A DNA stretch of 12,135 nucleotides from Gemmatimonadota bacterium. GTDB lineage: Bacteria > Gemmatimonadota > Gemmatimonadetes > Longimicrobiales > Gaopeijiaceae. The position numbers and the translations under genes were made by a program. Under the pieces are notes generated by a model. That model made no database searches, had not been told where the DNA came from, and was given only the letters and a program-made list of their open reading frames with translations. Below are positions 1-6,958 of the stretch, piece by piece (position 1 is the first letter of the stretch; every line of letters starts with the position of its first letter). The stretch spans positions 1 through 12,135 of the forward strand of contig JBDHHQ010000115.1 of the NCBI GenBank assembly GCA_039589315.1. The letters are read 5' to 3'.

Positions 1-1143
1 TTCAACGTGATCGGCGTACGGCCCGGGGTGGGCGACGGGCCGACGGTCGTGCTGAACGCCCACCACGACAACGTGGCCCTCTGGCCCACCGACCAGGCCG
101 TGGAGGCGTTCGTGGCCGACGGCCGGGTGTGGTGCCCCGCCGCATTCGACGACCTCATGGGCGTGACCCAGATGCTCACCGTGCTTCGGGCCATGAACGC
201 GGCAGACATCCAGACAGCGGGGGACGTCTGGTTTGTGGGCCTGACCGGCGAGGAGGCGCCCCACGGCCCCAGCCACCCGGACGCCAGCCCCGGCGCCGAG
301 CAGCTCGTGCGGGCGAACTACCCGCGCAACCTGGACTGGCGCGACGGGGACATCCTGGTGCAGTTCCACGGGCGCGGGGGCGAGGGCGTTGCCACAGGCA
401 GCACGCCGGTTCGGAACCGGACCATCCTCCGGATCTTCGGGCCCTCCGACAACGGGCTGCGCTGGGCGCCCCACGGCGTCGACGCGTTGGCCCGGATCGT
501 CACCCGTGTGGGCCTGGAGGTCAGGGATCCCCGGGCCACCGACGTGCCCTTCGAGAGCAACCAGCTGGCACCGCTCCCCGAGGACGTGCTGTTCATGAAC
601 ATGGGCATGGTGGGCTCGAGCGACATCATCGGTCGGCCCGGCAGCGAGACGTGGGTCCGGTTCGACATGCGGGCGGCGACCCAAGCCCGCCTGGACATGG
701 CCCACGACGTCATCGAGGGGATCGCCGGTGAGGTCACGAGCGCTATGGGTGACGGCTTCTCGTACGTCTACGAGATCAACAGCAAGAACGGCGTCGAGGA
801 GGGAATCCCCGGCTGGGACAAGGTCGACAACGCCCCGGCCCGGATGGCGGCCGCAGCGTCGGTGGCGCTGTACGGGACGGACCCCGTGATCGATCCCGAC
901 AACGGTTGCGGGGACTGCGTGCGGGCCTACAAGACGGGTATGCCCGCCTTCTCGCTCCGGGGTAACGTCGTGGACCACCAGAACGGGCGGGTGGAGCTGG
1001 ACGCGGGCAACGCGCTGGTGTCACCGGTCCGGCGCATGACGGCGACCCACGATGTCACGGAAAGCGCCGAGATCGTGCGGCTGTGGGCCGGCGTGAAGCA
1101 TGGGCTGGTGTTCGCGGTGGCGTACGCGGGGCTAGCCAACTGA
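1..1143 (+). CDS. M20/M25/M40-family metallo-hydrolase/peptidase, 5'-truncated
   Basis: Frame is open from base 1 (FNVIG...). Clan MH motifs NAHHD (HxD), AFDD, TGEE, dimerisation-domain FDMR and C-terminal THDVTE (last His ligand). Stop TGA 1141-1143. Confidence 0.8.
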   Translation, partial: FNVIGVRPGVGDGPTVVLNAHHDNVALWPTDQAVEAFVADGRVWCPAAFDDLMGVTQMLTVLRAMNAADIQTAGDVWFVGLTGEEAPHGPSHPDASPGAEQLVRANYPRNLDWRDGDILVQFHGRGGEGVATGSTPVRNRTILRIFGPSDNGLRWAPHGVDALARIVTRVGLEVRDPRATDVPFESNQLAPLPEDVLFMNMGMVGSSDIIGRPGSETWVRFDMRAATQARLDMAHDVIEGIAGEVTSAMGDGFSYVYEINSKNGVEEGIPGWDKVDNAPARMAAAASVALYGTDPVIDPDNGCGDCVRAYKTGMPAFSLRGNVVDHQNGRVELDAGNALVSPVRRMTATHDVTESAEIVRLWAGVKHGLVFAVAYAGLAN

Positions 1144-1145
1144 TT

Positions 1146-1161
1146 CCCGCTCGAGCGGGTT
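1146..1161 (+). terminator. Possible weak terminator or hairpin right after the hydrolase stop
   Basis: Perfect 14-bp palindrome CCCGCTCGAGCGGG (1146-1159) followed by only TT, between convergent genes. Confidence 0.3.
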
Positions 1162-1272
1162 CGGCTCAGGATCCACGGCCGGGTACCCAAGCGATCGATC
1201 GACCGAGCTCTTGGCGTGCGCGCTGGGTCCGCCGTCCTCACGATCCCTCGTGATCGATCGGAAACCGAGAAC

Positions 1273-2067
1273 TCAGTTGAAGACCGCTGGCTCGTGAACG
1301 GGATGACATCCCACGCACCGGTCGGTCATGGGCTCGAGGTGCCCTGGGGGGCCGTCCGGACCTCGGGGGGCCGGAGGTTTCCAGGAGGAAAGACGTGCTC
1401 CACCGTGGCAGGATTGACACAGAACGTCCGAGTCGGAGGCCGCCAGGCGCACCGGCCCCACGCTGCCATGAAGTTGGTGGCAATCCGAACAAGTGCTACT
1501 GCTGTGGCTCGGCGTGACGTACGCGGCGGGCTCGTGGCACGTCGAACAGAGCATCTGCTGGCCGTCTGCGTCGTTGATCTCCGGGTTGGGCGTGTGGGGG
1601 TCGTGGCAACTCATGCACTGCACGTCGCCGCCGGTGGCTCCGAAGACGCCCATAGAGGACGCCGGTCGCGCGTAACGTATGGAATTCAGGCGGTCCTGCA
1701 TCAACGCGCCAGACCCTTCTGAGCGCTTTCCGACGAAGTGATCGTCCGACAAATCCAGCCCGAGGTAGGTGTTGGGCCCTGCAGAAGGGTTGCCCTGCCA
1801 GTTGCCGCGCATGTGCCGAGCGCGCTCCGTAGTACTCGTGTGGCAGGCGAGGCAATTCGCGGTCGATTCGTCCAGGCCTCCCGGCATGTCCAGCGTTCCG
1901 AACGTTCCTACGCCGTGATCGACGTGACACATCTGGCAGCTGCCCGGCGACTGGGTCAGCGTGCTTCCCCCCGGGTGCTGCCCCATGAGGGACGCCGGGA
2001 CGAGAAGGAAGACCGTCATGAGCGCCGCGCCGCCCAGAGCGGGCACCGTTGCGGACCGCCAAGCCAC
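1273..2067 (-). CDS. Exported heptaheme cytochrome c: OmcE-like tetraheme core plus three extra C-terminal hemes
   Basis: Seven CxxCH (CQMCH, CLACH, CMSCH, CSTCH, CSDCH, CQSCH, CVGCH). Signal-peptide-like N terminus (...LMTVFLLVPASLMG|Q). LGLDLSDDH motif shared with the 6149-6796 protein (VGTDLSDDH). GTG start lies 1 nt after the upstream TGA. Confidence 0.9.
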   Translation of the reverse strand: MAWRSATVPALGGAALMTVFLLVPASLMGQHPGGSTLTQSPGSCQMCHVDHGVGTFGTLDMPGGLDESTANCLACHTSTTERARHMRGNWQGNPSAGPNTYLGLDLSDDHFVGKRSEGSGALMQDRLNSIRYARPASSMGVFGATGGDVQCMSCHDPHTPNPEINDADGQQMLCSTCHEPAAYVTPSHSSSTCSDCHQLHGSVGPVRLAASDSDVLCQSCHGGARLSSWKPPAPRGPDGPPGHLEPMTDRCVGCHPVHEPAVFN

Positions 2068-2068
2068 G

Positions 2069-4000
2069 TCAGAAGCTCCGGCTCAGGCGAACCATGACCC
2101 GTTCCTCGGTCCGCGGGTTGAAGTTCTCCCAAACCAGCCGTTCATAGCCCATCTCCGCGATGACCAGCCCGGGGGCCCATCTCACCCTCAACTCTCCGCC
2201 CAGGAAGTTCTCGAGGCGCGCGGGCTCTCGCCATTTCCAGTAAACCAGCTGACCATCGAGGCTGAGGTCCTCCATGAAAGGCCATTCGAGACCGCCGCGT
2301 GCTTCGGTAAGGACCAAGGTGATGATGCCACTTGCCCATTGCGTCGTGTGGGACCCTGACAGGAGCCAACGCAGCCGGTTGGCCAGGAGGAAGCTCCAGC
2401 GGCCCTGAAAGCGGAAAGTGTCATTGTCGAAGGTGTCGGTAGTGCGACGGGAGTATTCACCCCCGATTCCCACCGTCCCGACGGGCACGGCGGCATTCAA
2501 GGAGGCGCCCGCCGTGAGGAAATCGTAATTGCGGAGGGCCGAGAGCGTCCCCGGGATCACGTCGTCCGTGGCGGTCTGTACCGAACGCCGGTGATAGAGC
2601 CGGACTCCGCTTCCGATGAGCAGTGCCACGTCCAAATCGGTTACCCAGGCGTTGGAAAAGGCTCCTGCCAGCAGCGTGTGTCGGTAGTCCACTCGGACCG
2701 AGGTGCCGGGCGGCATGCGTCCACCTGGAAGGCTCAGGATCTCGACGAACGGGCCCGCGACCACCGCCCTGTAGTCGAAATCTTCCTGGAATACCTCCGC
2801 CCCGTCCTCGCTGCTGATGAGGATGCTGGAGGGATCGGCAAAGGGACGGTCGAGCTGGAAGCGGCCGGACGGAGACACGACATGCGGCTCGTCCACCACG
2901 TCGACGCTGCCCTCGAGTTTGGGATCTTGACCATGCCATTCGTAGCCCAGGGTACCCGTGGCCCGGAGCAGGATGCCCAGCGGCAGCGGCGTCGTCAGAT
3001 TCACGCCCGGACCGATCCGGGAGTACCTCAAGCTGCCGAGCGCCAAGTCCCGATGCTGCGTGTAGGCTGTAGCGTCGACACCCAGGCCTGGCAGGGCTTG
3101 GAAGGTCAAGGCGGCGGATCCCGTGGTCTCACCGGCCCGGCCCACCGCCCTCGACTCTCCTGTCCGCTGAAACCACATCTCCGACGAGACTTTCTGGGTG
3201 TGCTGGATCCGGACGCTCTCTCGCCACGACAATCTGCGGAAGGGGTTGGTCCCCATTCGCTGTCTACCCGAGAGCTCCGACAGCAGCTGGCTGCCCTTGC
3301 CCCAGGTCAGCCGGTGGGAAAGGACGCCATTCCTTAGTCGGTAGTTGCGCCCGGTCAGGCGGTCCAGGAAGGAGACCTGATCCAGCGCAATCCTCAGCCT
3401 ACGGTTCGTTGCCCTGAAGCGCCCGGTCCGGGTTCGTGTCGCGATGCGGAAGGTGGAAGGCGTCGTGCCCGACTCGAAAGACTGGCTCCGGTCATCCTCC
3501 TCGAACGTCAGCTGCATGGGCAGGTAGCGGTTCCGATGATTGAGCGTGGCCCGCAACTGGGTCGCGTCGATCTCCGTGTAGGCGCCCAGCCGGGCTCGCT
3601 GGTCGGCATCGATCCTCGAGCCCTGGAGGCTCAGGGAGACCAGCGACGACGAGAGCAGGGTCACGTTGGCCGAACCCGTGAAGCTCGTGCCGGCGCCATC
3701 CGGCGAGTGGGGCTCGCCAAAGAACGCGGTCTGGGAAAAACCAGGGCGGACGTTGAGGGAGAAGCGTAGGAAGCGTGGGTCCAGCACGGCCCCGCTCATC
3801 TGTAGCCTGATCCACTCGTGAAACGTCCGCAGCCCCCTTTTGGCCAAGGAAGGGACGGTTGAACGGTTGGCGTCCAGGCCGACGCCGAGCTCGCCGGCCG
3901 GACGCGTCACCGTGAAGGTCTGTTGAGCGGCCGCCGGGATCGCCAAGGCGGAGGCCACGCCAAAGGCCAGTGTGCCAACGAACGACGCCCGCGTGATCAT
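2069..4000 (-). CDS. Large outer-membrane beta-barrel (putative porin of a porin-cytochrome complex), about 643 aa
   Basis: Signal peptide MITRASFVGTLAFGVASALAIPAAA|Q. Many alternating amphipathic strands (FSLNVRPGF, LVSLSLQG, FRFQGRWSF, LSLDGQLVYW). C terminus VRLSRSF fits a BamA beta-signal. No heme motifs; flanked by multiheme cytochromes. ATG at 4000 overlaps the upstream TGA (ATGA), preferred over the ORF-track start 4033. Confidence 0.8.
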   Translation of the reverse strand: MITRASFVGTLAFGVASALAIPAAAQQTFTVTRPAGELGVGLDANRSTVPSLAKRGLRTFHEWIRLQMSGAVLDPRFLRFSLNVRPGFSQTAFFGEPHSPDGAGTSFTGSANVTLLSSSLVSLSLQGSRIDADQRARLGAYTEIDATQLRATLNHRNRYLPMQLTFEEDDRSQSFESGTTPSTFRIATRTRTGRFRATNRRLRIALDQVSFLDRLTGRNYRLRNGVLSHRLTWGKGSQLLSELSGRQRMGTNPFRRLSWRESVRIQHTQKVSSEMWFQRTGESRAVGRAGETTGSAALTFQALPGLGVDATAYTQHRDLALGSLRYSRIGPGVNLTTPLPLGILLRATGTLGYEWHGQDPKLEGSVDVVDEPHVVSPSGRFQLDRPFADPSSILISSEDGAEVFQEDFDYRAVVAGPFVEILSLPGGRMPPGTSVRVDYRHTLLAGAFSNAWVTDLDVALLIGSGVRLYHRRSVQTATDDVIPGTLSALRNYDFLTAGASLNAAVPVGTVGIGGEYSRRTTDTFDNDTFRFQGRWSFLLANRLRWLLSGSHTTQWASGIITLVLTEARGGLEWPFMEDLSLDGQLVYWKWREPARLENFLGGELRVRWAPGLVIAEMGYERLVWENFNPRTEERVMVRLSRSF

Positions 4001-4941
4001 TGCGCTCGGACGGTGATGTGGCAGCGGTGGCACTGCTCGATTCCTGCATCGAAGGCCACTACGCCCTGATGGCAGGCTCCGCAGCCCGCCCGTCCGTGAG
4101 CCTCATCCTGGTTGAGATCCAGGGCTCCCCGCAAAGGCTCGAAGAGTTTGTCGTGGCAAGCCTTGCATTTGTAGCGGATCCTGTGCGCCCAGTGCGGGAA
4201 CCGGGAGGGAGGATAAAGGTTGCCCGACAAAGCCGTGAGATCGGGTCCCTCCTCTGCCAGGGCCGAGTCCGCAACCACGGGCTCTGCTCTGATGAGCACG
4301 TAATCCGGCTCCAGGTCTGCCCGGACCCGGTTCGCCGGCAGATCGGGGGCCTCGTGGCAGCGCTCGCACGTCTGAATCGGGAAGGCTACGGGTCCGTGGC
4401 ACCTTCCGCACGACGCATCGCTGTGGATCACATCCCCGGAGACGTCCGCGTCGCCTCGCCGGTAGATGCCCGGGTGACATGTCTCGCAGGTGATCTGGTC
4501 CGCGTGGGTCGAGTGCGGGAACGAGGCTTCGGGCCCGTCTCCCGACTGCATGAAGAAGTCGAAGGGGAACTGGGCGCTCTGCCCGTCATCCTCGCCCGGT
4601 AGCGCATCGCGGGGCCGAATGATCCGCTGGTGCTCGGCGGCGACCCAATCCACGTTCCCGGCTCGGTCCCGAGGCAGCAGTGCAAGGACGCTGTCCCGCT
4701 GCATGATCGCCTCGATCGGCGGCGGCGGTTCCTCGACCTCCACAACGAGTCCGGCTCCGGATCCGGCGGTCCCCGCAGCAGGCTCGGGCGGACGCTCGGC
4801 CGCCGGCGGAAGATCCAGGAGAATCTGAGCCGCCTGGGCGCAGCCCAGCGTGAGGAGCGCGCCGAGAACGACCGGGGGCAGGTTCCGCTTGTTAGGGCCG
4901 CCCCTCGGTCTGGGCCATCTGCCGGGGCTCGACGAAGCCAT
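3997..4941 (-). CDS. Hexaheme lipoprotein cytochrome c with two c(7)-type triheme domains
   Basis: Six CxxCH (CETCH, CGRCH, CERCH; CKACH, CGACH, CHRCH) in two repeats of FPHxxH..CxxCH..CGxCH..VAF..CxRCH. Lipobox LTLG|C. LPRDRAGNVDWV motif precedes the first domain. Start uncertain: ATG 4941 overlaps the upstream gene by 50 nt. Confidence 0.9.
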   Translation of the reverse strand: MASSSPGRWPRPRGGPNKRNLPPVVLGALLTLGCAQAAQILLDLPPAAERPPEPAAGTAGSGAGLVVEVEEPPPPIEAIMQRDSVLALLPRDRAGNVDWVAAEHQRIIRPRDALPGEDDGQSAQFPFDFFMQSGDGPEASFPHSTHADQITCETCHPGIYRRGDADVSGDVIHSDASCGRCHGPVAFPIQTCERCHEAPDLPANRVRADLEPDYVLIRAEPVVADSALAEEGPDLTALSGNLYPPSRFPHWAHRIRYKCKACHDKLFEPLRGALDLNQDEAHGRAGCGACHQGVVAFDAGIEQCHRCHITVRAQ

Positions 4942-6025
4942 AGACGTTCAGTCGGTCTGGACCGTACTGGTTCGTGACTAGGATGAGGTATTTGAGCTCG
5001 AACGACTCGTGCACCAGCGGGCGAAAGTAATCCAGGTTGTCGTAGTCGATGATCACCTGGGCCGGCAGCCACATGTCTCCCGGTCCCTGGTACGGTCCGC
5101 CGAAGAACATGAGCAGCTCGCCATCGCGATTGAACACCTGCACGTTCTCGAAGCCCGAGTCAACGACGTAAACGTTGCCGTCACGGTCCGCGGCGACTCC
5201 CTTGGGACGGGTGAACTGGCCCATCCGGGAGCCGTAGCTTCCGAGCCGATGCAGGAACCGGCCCTCGCGAGAGTAGGCCTTGACGCTGAAGTCGCCGAAG
5301 TCACTCACGTAGACCCGGTCATCTTGGACCCAGAGATTCGTCGGCTGGCGGAGGACCCCGTTCGACTCGTTCTCGGGGAAGGACCGGACGTGGCGGCGGG
5401 TGGATTTGTCATAGACATGAACCGCTCCCCCAGTGACGTCCGCGACCCAGAGACTCTGGTCGTCCACGAACACGTCCGTGGGTCGCAGCCCCCGATCCTC
5501 GCCGAAGGCATCCTTGTAGACCCCGGTCGAGTCGAACACCACGATCTGACCGCGATCCGCATCGGCGACGTACAGATCGCCCGTGACTCTATCTACACTG
5601 CAGTTGATGGGCTTTCTGAGCTTCCCGGGACCCTGCGGAACGAAGTACTCGAAGGTCTTGGCATTCAGGTCCAGGACATCGAGGCCCGGGAGCATGGAGT
5701 CGCAGACGTAGATGACACCGTCTTGGATTGCGACTCCGTACGGCTTGTTGAAGGTCTTGTAGCTCTCGTCCTCGTCGGAGCCGATAAGGGCATCCAGGAA
5801 CGATCGACCCTTCTCTCCCACGACGTCTCGCTCATCCGAGAAGGCGGCCAGAAACTGGATGCGCGGGGGGTCCGGCGGCAAGGGGTATACGATCAGCAGG
5901 TCGTCAGGAGAGGGTTGTGGGCTGCTGTCGCTCTGCCCGGTGGCGCACGCAGCTGCTGCGAACAGCAGCGCTGCGGTTACGATTCGCTTGGCGGCTTGCG
6001 CTCCGCCGCTGCTTTCCATGGTCAT
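4892..6025 (-). CDS. NHL-repeat six-bladed beta-propeller lipoprotein
   Basis: Repeated NHL blades (FNKPYGVA, LRKPINCS, LRPTDVF, LRQPTNLW, FTRPKGVAADRDGNVYVVDSG, WLPAQV). Lipobox AAAA|C and PLPPDPPRIQFL after the tether. Start ATG 6025 (AAGG upstream) or 6019; the ORF-track start 6067 lies inside a stem-loop. Confidence 0.88.
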   Translation of the reverse strand: MTMESSGGAQAAKRIVTAALLFAAAACATGQSDSSPQPSPDDLLIVYPLPPDPPRIQFLAAFSDERDVVGEKGRSFLDALIGSDEDESYKTFNKPYGVAIQDGVIYVCDSMLPGLDVLDLNAKTFEYFVPQGPGKLRKPINCSVDRVTGDLYVADADRGQIVVFDSTGVYKDAFGEDRGLRPTDVFVDDQSLWVADVTGGAVHVYDKSTRRHVRSFPENESNGVLRQPTNLWVQDDRVYVSDFGDFSVKAYSREGRFLHRLGSYGSRMGQFTRPKGVAADRDGNVYVVDSGFENVQVFNRDGELLMFFGGPYQGPGDMWLPAQVIIDYDNLDYFRPLVHESFELKYLILVTNQYGPDRLNVYGFVEPRQMAQTEGRP

Positions 6026-6053
6026 CGCTCGAACCTTGAGGACCGTTTGTGGA

Positions 6054-6082
6054 GGGGGGGCAGGCATCGGGCCTACCCCCCC
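6054..6082 (-). terminator. Strong intergenic stem-loop downstream of the omcE-like gene (mRNA stabiliser or leaky terminator)
   Basis: mRNA GGGGGGGUAGGC-CCGAU-GCCUGCCCCCCC forms a 12-bp stem with one G-U pair and has no poly-U tail. Confidence 0.6.
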
Positions 6083-6148
6083 AGTAGGTGCTCAGGCCGC
6101 GGCGAGTCCGCCCCGTCCCAAGCGTTGAGGCCGTTGAGGCAGCGCTCC

Positions 6149-6796
6149 TTACTTCTTGTGGCAGGTCAGACAGAACTGGCTGTTCGTGTTCTCGACCAGC
6201 AGCAGTGCTGTGTTCCCGCTGTTATGGACGTCGTGGCACGAGGCGCACTCCAGGTTGTCGCCGAAGAGCAGGTCTGCCTGGATGGTACCGCCTAGCGCCG
6301 TGAGGTGGCCGTTGTCCGTGGGGTCCCAAAGCTCGATGTCGGACGTAGCAAGCGCTGCCGTGTACGCGAACGAAATCGGGTGATCGTCCGACAGATCCGT
6401 TCCGACGTCCCGATTCGCGGGGATGAAGTTGGTGCCGGTCGTGTTGCCGCTGAAGTTGTCCAGAGCCACCGTGCCGTCGTGACAGCTCAGGCAGAGCTTC
6501 GACTGATTGTTGGGCTGGCCAGGGGCCGACTGCATCTCCGTGCTGGAATAGGGCGTGAAGTTGGTGACGCCTGTGACCGTATGATTCCACAGTGGCGCCG
6601 TGAGCACCGTCTGGTCGCCGTTGTGAGGCGTGTGACACACCTCACAGATCTCACCGCCGGCGGTACCGGGGCCCGGGTTCCATGCATCGTCACTGAAGTC
6701 ATGAGCCGAGCCTATGATGGTCGCCTGTCCCATAGCGGGAGTCGCCGAGAGCGCCGCGAGCAGCGCGACAGAAACAAGTGTGGCTGTGCGTTTCAT
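6149..6796 (-). CDS. omcE: OmcE-like exported tetraheme cytochrome c (candidate cytochrome nanowire subunit)
   Basis: Signal peptide, four CxxCH, and the ordered motifs HDFS / EICEVCHTPHN / PLWN / FTPYSS / SKLCLSCHDG / GTDLSDDHPISF / LECASCHDVH / NSQFCLTCHK. These match my recollection of Geobacter OmcE (HDLS / QICVFCHTPHN / PLWN / FTLYSS / SLFCMSCHDG / GTDLSNDHPVNF / LECGSCHKVH / GSKLCLGCHK). Size 215 aa. The symbol denotes homology, not proven orthology. Confidence 0.85.
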   Translation of the reverse strand: MKRTATLVSVALLAALSATPAMGQATIIGSAHDFSDDAWNPGPGTAGGEICEVCHTPHNGDQTVLTAPLWNHTVTGVTNFTPYSSTEMQSAPGQPNNQSKLCLSCHDGTVALDNFSGNTTGTNFIPANRDVGTDLSDDHPISFAYTAALATSDIELWDPTDNGHLTALGGTIQADLLFGDNLECASCHDVHNSGNTALLLVENTNSQFCLTCHKK

Positions 6797-6800
6797 TCAT

Positions 6801-6808
6801 TCCTCCTT
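6801..6808 (-). promoter_or_regulatory. Strong Shine-Dalgarno of the omcE-like gene
   Basis: AAGGAGGA ends 4 nt before ATG 6796 and is the best SD match seen in the cluster. Confidence 0.85.
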
Positions 6809-6841
6809 GGAAGAGAGGATTCCCCGGGGTTTGCACAACCC

Positions 6842-6863
6842 GTCCGGAGTCCTCGCTCCGGAC
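6842..6863 (-). promoter_or_regulatory. Perfect 8-bp inverted repeat upstream of the omcE-like gene
   Basis: GTCCGGAG-N6-CTCCGGAC, seen directly; function inferred. Confidence 0.45.
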
Positions 6864-6958
6864 TTTCTCCAAAGGTACAGGAAGGCCCCAAACAGCGGCG
6901 TAGGGAGAGATTAGGTGCGTGAGAGGGGAGCTGTCCCGCCCGACTGTCAGGGCATTCC

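Noticed and set aside
1146..1223. Synthetic polylinker or vector contamination (XhoI, BamHI, EagI, KpnI, PvuI, ClaI, SacI, BssHII sites)
   Set aside because: Order and spacing match no cloning site I recognise, and both flanking genes end naturally.
1273..4941. Labelling the porin and cytochromes as mtrB/mtrA/mtrC or dmsEF
   Set aside because: No decaheme MtrA-type protein is present; the partners are c7-type and OmcE-type.
6123..6140. 9-bp tandem duplication CGTTGAGGC x2 just after the omcE-like stop
   Set aside because: Only two short copies with no spacer; most likely slippage with no supportable function.
5009..6922. Plus-strand ORFs 5009-6295 (428 aa) and 6305-6922
   Set aside because: Antisense to the NHL and OmcE-like genes, with no recognisable domain.
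6797..6958. GEMM-I (c-di-GMP/cGAMP) riboswitch, prompted by GCAAACC
   Set aside because: The GAAA-capped P2 stem and the following GACGCAAAGC-type segment are absent.
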